Shown here: positions 1-10,336 of the stretch, piece by piece | How positions within the stretch are numbered: position 1 is the first letter of the stretch | Layout of the letters: each line of letters starts with the position of its first letter | DNA from: a virus | Strand: one strand, 5' to 3' | IMG/VR virus record: IMGVR_UViG_3300025128_005882 | Location: 13,568-77,567 of that record | DNA: 64,000 nt | Position numbers and translations under genes: made by a program | The notes under the pieces: generated by a model | Told to the model about the DNA's origin: nothing | The model's input: the letters and a program-made list of their open reading frames with translations, nothing else | Databases searched by the model: none

Positions 1-690
1 TATAGCCTTGGTGTCCTTTGGTAAACACATGCCACCAAACCCCCTAAAGTTATCGTTGCAATCTAAATATATATCGTATATATGCTCTCTATTTACTATA
101 GCGTCTTTGACTTTAGAATAGTCGGCCCCTAAAGATTTACAAACCTCATAGAAGCTATTTGCGAAAGTAACTAGAGTTGCATTATATATGTTGTTATAGT
201 ATTTTGCTAACTCAGCTTCTGTAGGTGACACAGAAATTACACTCTTCGGCAGCTTACCGTGCGCTTCTTTAATTACTGCTTGAGCATCTTTATTATTTGT
301 TCCTATGATACACACGTCGTGATTCTCTACAAAGTCTACAGATGCACACCTTTCTCGCAAGAATTCAGGTACAAAACATATGCTATAATTATTATATTTG
401 TCTATCAGGTCTTGAGTGGTTCCCGGAGATACAGTTGATTTTATAGCAATTACCCCAGAGTAGTCGAGCTTGTGTAAGTCTTCAATCACATTTTGTACTA
501 TAGACGTGTCACAGCTACCGTCTTCACTCGGTGGGGTTGGCACACACAAGAATACTATTTCTGCATCTACCAAATCCTCTATGTTCGTATTAAGAGAAAT
601 GTCGTGACCTACTACGTTATGACCTAGCTTTTCTAGACCATATCTAACGGCAGACCCTACAACCCCTAAACCTACAATACCTACGTTCAT
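1..690 (-). CDS. UDP-glucose/GDP-mannose dehydrogenase family protein (runs off left edge; not in ORF track)
   Basis: Manual translation: MNVGIVGLGVVG (Rossmann), FLCVPTP, IKSTVSPGT, FVPEFLRE, AELAKY, GFGGMCLPKD; ATG overlaps the upstream TAA. Confidence 0.9.
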   Translation of the reverse strand, partial: MNVGIVGLGVVGSAVRYGLEKLGHNVVGHDISLNTNIEDLVDAEIVFLCVPTPPSEDGSCDTSIVQNVIEDLHKLDYSGVIAIKSTVSPGTTQDLIDKYNNYSICFVPEFLRERCASVDFVENHDVCIIGTNNKDAQAVIKEAHGKLPKSVISVSPTEAELAKYYNNIYNATLVTFANSFYEVCKSLGADYSKVKDAIVNREHIYDIYLDCNDNFRGFGGMCLPKDTKAI

Positions 691-1487
691 TATGTATAGA
701 CTCCATCTTTTTTGTTCTTTGTGGCTTCTAAGCCGCCGCAATGATAACTAATAGCATCTAATGCTTTAATCACATTTACGCCACCAGCTTTGCACCTGTT
801 AAAAAAGTCTGTGTCTCCTGTAATGTTGTTAACATAGATCCCCATTGGGTCTGGACTATTGTCTACAGAAAATTTATTCATCGGGCCAAATCTCTCCCAA
901 ACATCTCTAGACAGCGCAAATGGCATAGCATCAAATCTATGACCATAGGCCACTTCATCTGTAGCAACTTGACCTTCCGCAGCCTCATATAGCGCATCAG
1001 CAAATGGGTTCCACTCATCCATCTTAAACTCTGAGTAATTGGTAACACCGAAGTTTCTACATGTATGTATTGAATATTGATTTCCCGGCTCTATTAGTTT
1101 GCAGTTTACGACTGTGTTTTCAGCACAATTCTTGTATAAATTGGCTAGCCAGTTTTTATGGAAGTAATGGTCTGTTGCTATTGGGCATACATAGTCTGCG
1201 TGCTCCAGCGCTATTGGATAACCTGCGTTCCAACCTCTGTATAAATTCCACAAAAATCCTTTACCTTCGTCGTACCCAATTTCTACACTTTTGTAATTCT
1301 TATCTTTTAGCCACTGATGTGCTTCATCTGAAGACTTCCAAGTTAGAAATACAATGTCAAAATCTTCTTCTGGCATACCTGCATTTTCTATTGCGCTTGT
1401 CACAGAAAATTCTGCTTCTTCTATGTATCGACCTATCTGGCAGTACATTACAATTTTTGGGTTTTCCCATTTGCCGTTATTATGCAT
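690..1487 (-). CDS. putative GT-A glycosyltransferase
   Basis: Similar layout to neighbour 1480..2238 (CKLIE, MPF, GDTDFF, YH); glycan locus context. Confidence 0.55.
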   Translation of the reverse strand: MHNNGKWENPKIVMYCQIGRYIEEAEFSVTSAIENAGMPEEDFDIVFLTWKSSDEAHQWLKDKNYKSVEIGYDEGKGFLWNLYRGWNAGYPIALEHADYVCPIATDHYFHKNWLANLYKNCAENTVVNCKLIEPGNQYSIHTCRNFGVTNYSEFKMDEWNPFADALYEAAEGQVATDEVAYGHRFDAMPFALSRDVWERFGPMNKFSVDNSPDPMGIYVNNITGDTDFFNRCKAGGVNVIKALDAISYHCGGLEATKNKKDGVYT

Positions 1488-2238
1488 CTTTTTCTCCTTC
1501 TATAATATGGTAAACCAGCGAATCAAAGGGTGTGATATGTCTCATTCCGTATTTAGCTTCTAAAACGTCGTGAAAGAAGAAATCATCACCAGCTTTAAAC
1601 ACCGGCCTGTCGTTTGGGTAGCCTGCTACTATCGTTCCGTCTTCTTCCAGAAATATGTTACCTCTTGGAAACATACCGGCTTCTATAAACCTTTGCTTTT
1701 CTACAAGGCAAGGCATGTACAGTCCTCCATGTGCTATGTGGTCAATAGAGTTTTGTTCAGCCCAAGCTTCCCATCCTGCGTCATCAAACTGGTTAGGGTG
1801 TCTCCCAAAGTGATTGGAGCCTAAATTAACTCCGTGCATACCACTAGCCATCTTGCCGCTTTCAATCAATCTACTGCAAGGTATGTTAGTGCCATCGTGG
1901 TGCTTCAGTAAATTTGATAACCACCCTTTAGAAAAGCGGTCGTCTGAGTTTACTAGAACCACGTTGTCGTATTCGCTAGATTCAACAGCATAATTATAAG
2001 CCCCATAAACTCTATTTAAATAGAATTCATCTGGGTCTGTATTATTGAATACCGAGTATGGTATATCGAGAGTAGCGAGCCTGTCCAGTACCTCTTGTGT
2101 TGCATCGTTTGCTACCACCCTAACCCCAACATCCCAACCGTCAGCAGTGCAAAGATCGCTCTTGAGTTGCTTTACTATAAACTCTAGGTAATCAAGAGAT
2201 TTATATACTAACGTGACTACTTCCACGTTGTTATTCAT
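1480..2238 (-). CDS. GT2-like glycosyltransferase
   Basis: VVANDA, LVNSDD (DxD-like), GDDFFF, VYH. Confidence 0.65.
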   Translation of the reverse strand: MNNNVEVVTLVYKSLDYLEFIVKQLKSDLCTADGWDVGVRVVANDATQEVLDRLATLDIPYSVFNNTDPDEFYLNRVYGAYNYAVESSEYDNVVLVNSDDRFSKGWLSNLLKHHDGTNIPCSRLIESGKMASGMHGVNLGSNHFGRHPNQFDDAGWEAWAEQNSIDHIAHGGLYMPCLVEKQRFIEAGMFPRGNIFLEEDGTIVAGYPNDRPVFKAGDDFFFHDVLEAKYGMRHITPFDSLVYHIIEGEKDA

Positions 2239-2872
2239 AATATGCCTCTTTTATAAAAAGTTTTGTGCCGTCAGCACATTGTATATATGGGTTTGGATAT
2301 GGGTCTTGTAAACACCTTATCTTATTATATAATTGTTTTGCTGTCATGCAAGAAAAATCCTGTGATTTTATCTCACTATCTTTTGGTTTTCTTCTTCTGC
2401 AAATTGTAGCTTGGCTATGATCTTGTTCATACCCCTCATGCTCTGGGTTGTCTAATATAAACTCAATACCAAACCTACCAAGTATAGACATCTTAGCAAA
2501 TATATATGTTAAGCTGCCCACGAGCTTCATTTCTTCTTGCCATAGTATTCTTCCGTGATCTAGCTCATTATCCATAATAAAAAACGTTACTGCGCTATCT
2601 GTCACACCATCTATAATTTGGTTTTGTATAGGTGATCCGCCTCTGTATTTTGGTAGAGCAGATGGGTGCATACATATGCACCTGCTAGACTCTAAAAGTT
2701 TTTCGTCTACTATCCAACTCCAACCTATGAAAAAAATAGTATCGTAGTCATTCTTTTCTGTAGCCTGTTTTAGTTCTTCTGGTGAAGAAACAAAATCCCA
2801 GTCTACACCTAACGTGTCGTAAATTCTCACTGCCCAATCACGATAGCCACAAAACAGTTTTAGTCCACCCAT
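2231..2872 (-). CDS. formyltransferase (Fmt-like, probably sugar N-formyltransferase)
   Basis: HPSALPKYRGGSPIQ, ELDHGRI. Confidence 0.85.
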   Translation of the reverse strand: MGGLKLFCGYRDWAVRIYDTLGVDWDFVSSPEELKQATEKNDYDTIFFIGWSWIVDEKLLESSRCICMHPSALPKYRGGSPIQNQIIDGVTDSAVTFFIMDNELDHGRILWQEEMKLVGSLTYIFAKMSILGRFGIEFILDNPEHEGYEQDHSQATICRRRKPKDSEIKSQDFSCMTAKQLYNKIRCLQDPYPNPYIQCADGTKLFIKEAYYE

Positions 2873-3471
2873 CTTATTACCTCAAACGCTTCGGCAAATT
2901 CAAGATTGGCTTGTCTACCTCTGACTTTTGCTAACTCTTCCACGAATTCAGGACTCCTGAAACTCCTAACCTGTGACTCTAGTGACAAATAAGCGCTTTT
3001 CTTTCTCTCCATGTCTATCGGCACAAAATAGTTTGGCTTAAAGGAAGAACTAATTGAGTGTGAGTGATCCCATAAAAATACGTGAGGCTGCTCATAGACT
3101 AATACTTTCTTTACAAAGAAGTTAATATCGTGTGGCCTCAAAGCTATAAGCGAAGCCTCGTATACCGCCTTGTGGTCTTGGTTGTAGGATGGGTATGGTA
3201 TAAAAACTTTTTCTGGCTTCACCTTATTTATGGTGTCAGAAAGCTGGTCTATTATTGTTGACACGTCATAGCTGTTTACTAAATTTGAAAGAGTTTCAAA
3301 CTCAAACCCTAATATTTCCTGCGCCTTTTTAAGTTCCTCAATTCTTCTGTCTCTAGAAACAATGTGAAATTTATCTACACCGCACTCTAGGACAAATGAA
3401 TTACTATCCAGTATACCTCCGCAACCTAAGACTTCATCATCTATATGTGGGGAAATTATAAGTTTATCCAT
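2860..3471 (-). CDS. PIG-L/LmbE family N-deacetylase
   Basis: SPHIDDEVLGCGG, NQDH, AEAF. Confidence 0.85.
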   Translation of the reverse strand: MDKLIISPHIDDEVLGCGGILDSNSFVLECGVDKFHIVSRDRRIEELKKAQEILGFEFETLSNLVNSYDVSTIIDQLSDTINKVKPEKVFIPYPSYNQDHKAVYEASLIALRPHDINFFVKKVLVYEQPHVFLWDHSHSISSSFKPNYFVPIDMERKKSAYLSLESQVRSFRSPEFVEELAKVRGRQANLEFAEAFEVIRWVD

Positions 3472-4237
3472 ATATTTCCTTAAGCGTTTTTAGTGTTGTT
3501 GGATCTGGAGTGTTAGAGTCTATAAATACAGGTAGTACCTCAGCCTCAGACTCTTGAACCTCAAGATCCTTCTCGCAAATCAATCTATCTAAATCCCAGC
3601 CAGTTTGACCCAACCCCTTGTATAAATTGTATCTATCCATTACTTGTTTGTCTGTAGCAAATCCGTAGTGTATCAGTTTTAGCCATCTGGCATCCACAAT
3701 ATTAGCTATGCCATAGGGCTCCTGATGTCCGTGTAAACCCTTCTCTTCAGGAAAGTAAAGCTCTCCATTATTTCTCCAGAATGGGACTCTACCCCACTCG
3801 TTGAATCCGTGATAGCTACTATCAAGTCTGTAATGCTTATTACTTCGCCACAAATTATAATGCCCAAGTCTAACACCATCTGCACCAGATTCAGCAGATG
3901 TTTTTAACATGTCTTTTAAGAGAGCATAATCATTATCCATCAGCCTCTGATCTATCATCGTATCGCCGTCAATCCAAAAAATCCAATCAGTATCAGGATG
4001 CTCTGACAGCAGTTTTTCTAGCATCTCTTTTTTGCACAAAATTTCTTCGTGAAAACGGTTCTCTTCTGACTGTATCAAGACTACGTTATCATGTTGTGAA
4101 TATATATCATGGCTGCCATCGTCCGAGGCTTGGTCGAAGATATAGATGTAGTCGCATATTTCCATGCACTGAAACCAGTTCTCTAGATTACCTTTAGATA
4201 GCTCGTTTCTGAGTTGTGAAAATCCAATTATCTTCAT
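3464..4237 (-). CDS. GT2 family glycosyltransferase
   Basis: IFDQASDDGS, WIDGD, LIHYG. Confidence 0.75.
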   Translation of the reverse strand: MKIIGFSQLRNELSKGNLENWFQCMEICDYIYIFDQASDDGSHDIYSQHDNVVLIQSEENRFHEEILCKKEMLEKLLSEHPDTDWIFWIDGDTMIDQRLMDNDYALLKDMLKTSAESGADGVRLGHYNLWRSNKHYRLDSSYHGFNEWGRVPFWRNNGELYFPEEKGLHGHQEPYGIANIVDARWLKLIHYGFATDKQVMDRYNLYKGLGQTGWDLDRLICEKDLEVQESEAEVLPVFIDSNTPDPTTLKTLKEIYG

Positions 4238-5307
4238 GTAGTTTCCTTTAATCTTTTTATTATCTCTATACTAGTATTACCACAACCAAGCCAGTCTGCA
4301 CTCATATTTTTTGAAACATTTACGATAAAATCGCATATTTCCATCATTTCGACTTCTCCGTAGTCGAGCGGCAAATATCTAGAGCAACTGGCTGTGTAAG
4401 ACTGTGGCCTTTCTGTGAATTCTCTTGGCACTAACACCGGAGTTCCTAACAATGCAGGCTCTTCTTGCGCTGTTCCAGAATCTGATATGACAAACACAGC
4501 ATTATAAACTGACTTGATGTATTCTTTGTAGGACATTAAGTCGATGTGTTCTACAGAGTGCGTGTTTATTTCGTATAGATCTATGTAATCATACGTTCTA
4601 GGAAATTTTAACGAGATACACTTGACACCGAACTCAACGGATAGGTCTCTGGCCCAGTCAAATATTGCTTGCAGTCTTTCAGGGTCTTTGAAGTTTTCAG
4701 GTCTGTGCACATCTAGAAGAATATGACCATTCTCTTTCTCTTTTTTCCTGAACTCAAGACTGTGCTTATTTACAACTTCTACTATAGTGTTACCTACATT
4801 CACAACTTTGCTTCTTGGTATATTTTCTTGAAACAAATTATCAGAGTAGTCTTTGTGGTATGTAAATAACAGCTCGCTGGAGTGGTCGCACACAATTCTA
4901 TTTATCTCTTCCAGCATCCTTCGATCTCCAGACCTCATGCCAGCCTCTATATGCGCCACGTTGATACCCTCTTTCTTCAAAGATGGCGCAACTAATACTG
5001 AGTTTGAATCGCCTAGAAAAATAACCCAGTCTGGACACAGATCTTCACTTCTTATCAGTTCTATTAGCTTGACGGTGAGCTCAGCGTTTTGATGGAAGTG
5101 CTCTTTGCCGCTGCCACCAATTTCCAAGTTGTAGTCGGGCTCTCTAATATTTAGCTCCTGAAAGAATACACCAGAAAGGAGCTTGTCGTAGTGCTGTCCA
5201 GTGTGTATTAATATATGATTAATACTTGGATCAGAATCCAAAGCCCTAAATACTTCCGACATTCTTATGAAGTCAGGTCTAATTCCCGTTACAGTTATAA
5301 TATTCAT
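4234..5307 (-). CDS. wecB: UDP-N-acetylglucosamine 2-epimerase
   Basis: GIRPDFIR, HTGQHYD, HIEAGMRS, EEINR, SDSGTAQEE. Confidence 0.9.
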   Translation of the reverse strand: MNIITVTGIRPDFIRMSEVFRALDSDPSINHILIHTGQHYDKLLSGVFFQELNIREPDYNLEIGGSGKEHFHQNAELTVKLIELIRSEDLCPDWVIFLGDSNSVLVAPSLKKEGINVAHIEAGMRSGDRRMLEEINRIVCDHSSELLFTYHKDYSDNLFQENIPRSKVVNVGNTIVEVVNKHSLEFRKKEKENGHILLDVHRPENFKDPERLQAIFDWARDLSVEFGVKCISLKFPRTYDYIDLYEINTHSVEHIDLMSYKEYIKSVYNAVFVISDSGTAQEEPALLGTPVLVPREFTERPQSYTASCSRYLPLDYGEVEMMEICDFIVNVSKNMSADWLGCGNTSIEIIKRLKETT

Positions 5308-6091
5308 TTTCTGGTGCTCTGTATAAAGTTTCGTTCTGTGTAATATTACGATACATACTGTGGTTTAGAAATGCCAGCCTATTCGCATCCAGATAATCGC
5401 CGTTTATTATAGCGCCGCTATAGGTAGACGTGTGATATTGATGTACGCTAAACGGGTCGTCGATATTTACAATTTCTAGACCTTTTCTTTTTATCCTATC
5501 TAAGAATTCGTTATCGTCAAACTCCATACCATATTTATATCTTTCGTCAAAACCATTTATAGACTCTAGGTTTTTTCTGGTGATAGCTGTGGTAAAATGG
5601 AAGTCTACTTTTCTATAGCGTGAGTGATTATACCAAGTTATTGCGTCGCCTTTAGACTGGTTGAATTCTTGAGGCAGCGATAATATAAAATCCTTTTTGT
5701 TTTCTGCGTTATAAAGCCTTTCTATGTCTTTTTCTACAACATTATAGCAAGCGTATGACAGGTATCTGTTGTCATCTATATTTTCGGCTACAGACTGCAT
5801 TAATTCCCCCACATGCAAGCACTCAGGGTTTTGGATTATTATAACTTCTCCAGAGCACATGGAGAAAGCAGTATTGTAAACTATACAAGGGTTTTTATAT
5901 GGGTTAGCTTGTACAGTTATGACTGTAAGAAACGGAAATCTAGACTGCAGATCTGCTACCTTCTGTTCTGGATCGCTGGCGTCGTCAACAACTATTACCT
6001 CTATATCTTTGTATGATTGAGACTCAATAGACTCAAGAGTTTTTATTAGTTGCACTTTTCTGTTTTTATATGCCATAGCTATAGAAATCAT
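5279..6091 (-). CDS. GT2 family glycosyltransferase
   Basis: EVIVVDDAS, INGFDERY, FDDNEF, HQYH. Confidence 0.85.
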   Translation of the reverse strand: MISIAMAYKNRKVQLIKTLESIESQSYKDIEVIVVDDASDPEQKVADLQSRFPFLTVITVQANPYKNPCIVYNTAFSMCSGEVIIIQNPECLHVGELMQSVAENIDDNRYLSYACYNVVEKDIERLYNAENKKDFILSLPQEFNQSKGDAITWYNHSRYRKVDFHFTTAITRKNLESINGFDERYKYGMEFDDNEFLDRIKRKGLEIVNIDDPFSVHQYHTSTYSGAIINGDYLDANRLAFLNHSMYRNITQNETLYRAPENEYYNCNGN

Positions 6092-6813
6092 GAGAACGAG
6101 CACTCCAAGTGGGCAAAAAATGTATTTGGATTTTGATATGGTCTAGTCATTACGTTTTTAGTGAAAACATCTAATGGAGATCCTACATCTATATATGTGT
6201 TGTTTGGATTGCTTTCGTATAGCTTGTCCACCATAATGTTTGCCATAGGCCCAGCAGATACTAAGAACAGTGTGTCCTTATGGCGCTTAGAAATATCTTT
6301 AATCATAGCTAGTATCTCTAGCTTATAACTGTTATACCATTCAATACATTCTTCTGAAACCCAAAGAGCATCAACTACGTTAAATGGATACTTCTTATCA
6401 TACCCTTTTTCGTTCGCTATTAACACTACATCTCTTTCTAATTTCATTAAATATGTAGCAAATTTTCTGAAGTTGGCATTTACCAGAAGATTGGCGAATA
6501 GAACATTGTTATTAGTTATCATATCTAAATACTTGTTCTTGTTTTCTTCTCCGTGGCAGCAAACGCATGGGATTCCGTAGAAGAAATTATCTTCAGTGCG
6601 ATTCAAAGAATTTCTCAAGTCTTTGGCAAAAACACCTGCATTACCATCAGTGTGCCAACCATCTATCTCGTAGGCTTGTGTATCCTTTCCTATTTCCCGA
6701 CCTTCTATAATCGCAAGCTCCCCATCTCCATATCTTGACAAGGAAAAGTTATCGCCAGAAGCTATCTTATCTATAATAAAGTCTACCTGATCTCTAAACT
6801 GTAAGTTTATCAT
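6088..6813 (-). CDS. GT-D fold (DUF1792-like) glycosyltransferase
   Basis: LSRYGDGE, VSAGPMA, IDVGSPLD. Confidence 0.7.
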   Translation of the reverse strand: MINLQFRDQVDFIIDKIASGDNFSLSRYGDGELAIIEGREIGKDTQAYEIDGWHTDGNAGVFAKDLRNSLNRTEDNFFYGIPCVCCHGEENKNKYLDMITNNNVLFANLLVNANFRKFATYLMKLERDVVLIANEKGYDKKYPFNVVDALWVSEECIEWYNSYKLEILAMIKDISKRHKDTLFLVSAGPMANIMVDKLYESNPNNTYIDVGSPLDVFTKNVMTRPYQNPNTFFAHLECSFS

Positions 6814-7559
6814 ACTTCTTCCTTAATTATCTGATAGCCTCTATCTCGAATATAATTCCAGTACTTGTTCATACCTTGATTATTGACATTATTCTTAGAT
6901 ATGGCGTTATCATCTTCCCCTATGCTGTGCCCAGTCTCTGGTTGAGATCCCCACATTTCTCTATCGTCTTTAGGGTGCGGAGGAACATAGCTGTGTAGCC
7001 CCAAATGCTTCTTTACTGCATACGAAAGATGCATGTCTTCACCAAAGTGGTGAGGCGCTGGAATTGGAGCTTCGCCCCAAAAGAATCTTAGCCAATCAGT
7101 CTCGAAAAACCAAGAGTGACATAGCATATCGACTCTTTCTACCTCTTCGTTTGGGCTTCCCCATCCGTGAGTTTCGTATCCATTGTAGGGGTAGTTACGA
7201 TCATCTTCTGGGTTCATTACGACGCCTCTCGTTCCTAGCGGCCCTCTGTGACTTTCCATAGTCATCAGGCAGTTTTCAAGCCACTTTCTGCCGGGAATTG
7301 TATCGTCATCTATGATGTTGACATACTTGGTGCTAGCATTAAGCGCTAGCGCAAATCTACCCCATACACCATAGTTACTATTTGACATTGTTGACTCGCA
7401 GGCCTGCACTACATCTTTTGGAAAATCTTGCATTTCACCATCAGGGCTATTAGTCCATAGCCATACATCTACATCATCAACTGTTTGATTTTTTATAGCC
7501 TCATATTGCTGCTTAAGCGCGTGAGCCCTTTTGTATCCGCTTAGTATAACAGTTATCAT
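6810..7559 (-). CDS. GT2-like glycosyltransferase
   Basis: IIDDDTIPG, GEDMHLSY. Confidence 0.75.
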   Translation of the reverse strand: MITVILSGYKRAHALKQQYEAIKNQTVDDVDVWLWTNSPDGEMQDFPKDVVQACESTMSNSNYGVWGRFALALNASTKYVNIIDDDTIPGRKWLENCLMTMESHRGPLGTRGVVMNPEDDRNYPYNGYETHGWGSPNEEVERVDMLCHSWFFETDWLRFFWGEAPIPAPHHFGEDMHLSYAVKKHLGLHSYVPPHPKDDREMWGSQPETGHSIGEDDNAISKNNVNNQGMNKYWNYIRDRGYQIIKEEV

Positions 7560-8458
7560 TGCAGTTCTCCAATCTTCTCATCAAACTTTTGTTTAATTTC
7601 ATGCCACCCAAGTTTGGCACATATCTTTTGCGTTCTATTAAAGCATGTATGCTTTTTAATTGTCTCTTCTCTAATCTTTTTATGAGAAAAACTCTCTCCT
7701 AACTCAAAACAACGTTCAACGCCTCTGTATATATTTTGCAGGGAGTTCATAACCACTTGCGCCTGAGTCTCATATTTACCTTTGTAGAAAACATTTGCCC
7801 CATGATAAATACCGGAGAAGAGCGATTGAGGTATACTCTGGTCGTCTCTAGAGATTATAATGTTTTTGTAGTTAGGGTAGAGCGCTTGCAGGTTTAATTC
7901 AGGTGCGGTTATGTCAATATGTTCTGTTAATTCTGCTTCGTTAGAAACAAAGTGGTGACTGGTTCCTTTAAGCTGGCTAGAAAACCTACTTCTTGAGTCA
8001 TAGTTAGTTATGACACAATTATCAATGTCAAAATCTTGCGGCTTAGGCTGTGTTGCTGCTGCAAAGATGTCTGCGGCTGGTAAAAGCTCTACAACCTCTA
8101 ATACGGTAGACTTTAATTTGTTTATATCTTTAGGTGTGGATGTGAATATAAACTGGCAATTCAAACCCGTACTCCTCACTATCGCGTCAAGCTGCTCAAC
8201 GTGATTTTGCTGAGCGCCTGTCATATTGAGAGCGCATTTTATGTTCTGATTTTCCGTAAGGTACTTGACGCAATCGGATGTCAGCCTACTGAAATGAGCA
8301 ACAAAAAAGTTGGGCTGGAAAGAATCGAATATATCATAAGCGCTGATTCTATCAGAATTCCACAGAGCAGCTTGGATGCCAATCGAATTGAAAGATTGAC
8401 ATAAGTACATGGGCTCTGTACTATTAGGACTTGAGTAATCTTGTATTAGTACGCGCAT
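7556..8458 (-). CDS. hypothetical protein, possibly a degenerate GT-B/CgeB-like enzyme
   Basis: C-terminal KHTCFNR resembles the CgeB-type HTxxxR motif; locus context. Confidence 0.35.
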   Translation of the reverse strand: MRVLIQDYSSPNSTEPMYLCQSFNSIGIQAALWNSDRISAYDIFDSFQPNFFVAHFSRLTSDCVKYLTENQNIKCALNMTGAQQNHVEQLDAIVRSTGLNCQFIFTSTPKDINKLKSTVLEVVELLPAADIFAAATQPKPQDFDIDNCVITNYDSRSRFSSQLKGTSHHFVSNEAELTEHIDITAPELNLQALYPNYKNIIISRDDQSIPQSLFSGIYHGANVFYKGKYETQAQVVMNSLQNIYRGVERCFELGESFSHKKIREETIKKHTCFNRTQKICAKLGWHEIKQKFDEKIGELQ

Positions 8459-9200
8459 AAGTTTTCCTTACCTCGTGATACGTTTTTATGTTATCTAGTT
8501 TTAATATATTGTGTTTTTGGTTTTGAAGTGCTTGTATTCTGTGTTTTGATTTTAGTATGTCATTTAGAGCCTCGAATATAAATTTGTTCTTATATTCCAT
8601 GTTGGAAATAAGTTTTCTCATATATTCTATAATCAAAGGATTGCCGAGGAATAGTACTTCACACCATTTGTTTGGCATACCGTAGCAGAAGTGTTGGGGA
8701 TTACCCTTTTGATCTATAGTAACACCGACATCGAACGCTTCATTCTTCTCTTCATACACGACAGAGGAGATCCTTACGTCTATCATTTTCAATAGATGAT
8801 CCTGTATTATTATCTCCCCGTTGCATACCAGTATCTTATCGTTTAGGGTGTTATTTAGGCATAGTCTCAAACTCTCACACGAGTTGGAATTGTTATGCAT
8901 CTGATTTTCTACGAACCGCGCAGATATTTTCTTATGATTTTCTCTTATGTGCTTAATAACTTTCTCAGCCTCAAACCCTCCGCAGATGATGAGCTCAAAG
9001 TTTTTCAACACCCTCTTTATAGCAGATATTTGCAAGTCTATAAGGGTTGTGTTACCTATCTTGGCAAGCGGAGTAGGGCCATATGATTTCATCCTGTGTC
9101 CAGCGTTTTCGCATAAAAGAACAACAGTCACTAAGTCATTTGACTCTTCTATAGCAACATGGTGGGGCGACGTTATAAAGTTTGTGTTTCTAGCCATCAA
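8424..9200 (-). CDS. nucleotidyltransferase (LicC/NTP-transferase-like, divergent)
   Basis: GHRMKSYGPTPLAKIG, NSCESL, CNGE. Confidence 0.6.
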   Translation of the reverse strand: MMARNTNFITSPHHVAIEESNDLVTVVLLCENAGHRMKSYGPTPLAKIGNTTLIDLQISAIKRVLKNFELIICGGFEAEKVIKHIRENHKKISARFVENQMHNNSNSCESLRLCLNNTLNDKILVCNGEIIIQDHLLKMIDVRISSVVYEEKNEAFDVGVTIDQKGNPQHFCYGMPNKWCEVLFLGNPLIIEYMRKLISNMEYKNKFIFEALNDILKSKHRIQALQNQKHNILKLDNIKTYHEVRKTYARTNTRLLKS

Positions 9201-9939
9201 ATCGCTTATATAAACTGGTTTCTTTAGACTCTTCTCTCAGGGCGATCTGCATCTTATCGTAGTCTCTGTGGTCTAAATATCTGTTATTAATAGCTTTGAA
9301 TAATATTGTAGAAGAACTTGAGTCTTCAAAGAATACATACCTTTCTAGTAAGTCGTTTACGGACTTATCTATTTTCTTATATGTGTCCTTTTCAACAACC
9401 TCTCCCACATTTAGCTTAGTTATGTAATTTTGGACAGCTATCTTTTTAAATGTGTCGTAGTCTCTCTGTTTTTCGTTTCCATAGACTACTACCTTGATAC
9501 TGTGAAACCCAGCATCTTCTAGACTTCGCATATGCTTTCTCATATTATTTGTGAACTCAGGACAAAGCATTTTATATGAGTGTGAGAGACAAACATAAAT
9601 ACTGCCGTGGTCGTAGTTAATATCGCATATAGATTTGATCGTTTCTTCTAGGCCGTCTGTTTCTTCTTCTATGTAAACCGCTATTCCAAATGTCTTTTTT
9701 CTTATCTTCTTGATTTGTTCTAGCGACAAGTCGTATCGTTTGTCAACTTTGTACGAGCATAGTGTGTTTATAACATAAAACTCTTTATCTTTGTCATATG
9801 CCTCAAAGCCCATACCTTTTTCCATATAGGCCTCAGCCCTGCCAGCCTCACATCCAGTCTGCGTTTTGTCTTCATATATGGCGAACTTGCAGTCTTTGCA
9901 ACTCGTTTCGGCTACTTTATCTAGTTGCTTCGATTTCAT
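9190..9939 (-). CDS. hypothetical protein with N-terminal Cys cluster
   Basis: CKDCKFA...C...C. Confidence 0.45.
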   Translation of the reverse strand: MKSKQLDKVAETSCKDCKFAIYEDKTQTGCEAGRAEAYMEKGMGFEAYDKDKEFYVINTLCSYKVDKRYDLSLEQIKKIRKKTFGIAVYIEEETDGLEETIKSICDINYDHGSIYVCLSHSYKMLCPEFTNNMRKHMRSLEDAGFHSIKVVVYGNEKQRDYDTFKKIAVQNYITKLNVGEVVEKDTYKKIDKSVNDLLERYVFFEDSSSSTILFKAINNRYLDHRDYDKMQIALREESKETSLYKRFDG

Positions 9940-10336
9940 ACCTGTATCCTTGATAGCTGGTTGAAGAAACTTTTAAACCTAAAGATTGTAATAGAGATTT
10001 AATCGAGCTCATATCCAAACACGATCTTCCACGAAAGATAACCTCATTGGCTTCTGCAGAATTTATCTCTCCAGAAACAATGGCTCTTGACAGTAGCCTT
10101 ATGTCTGTTCCGCCGATGCAGATCTTGCCGCCACGACGAGTCTTGCTCTCAATAAGTTTTACAAACCCCTGAACATTGCCAACGGGAACCTCGTCTAATA
10201 TATCAGAAGCAAGAATAAATTCACACTCGTTCATTGCTAGATTATTAAGGTCAACAGAGCCATTAATAACCTCAACCTTTTGGTATCCGTCAACTGCCTC
10301 TGAGCCTTTCGGTACAATATGTATCTTTGTCATCAC
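9917..10336 (-). CDS. truncated SAM-methyltransferase-like protein
   Basis: ILASDILDE...TRRGGKI resembles class I MTase C-terminal motifs. Confidence 0.4.
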   Translation of the reverse strand: MMTKIHIVPKGSEAVDGYQKVEVINGSVDLNNLAMNECEFILASDILDEVPVGNVQGFVKLIESKTRRGGKICIGGTDIRLLSRAIVSGEINSAEANEVIFRGRSCLDMSSIKSLLQSLGLKVSSTSYQGYRYEIEATR

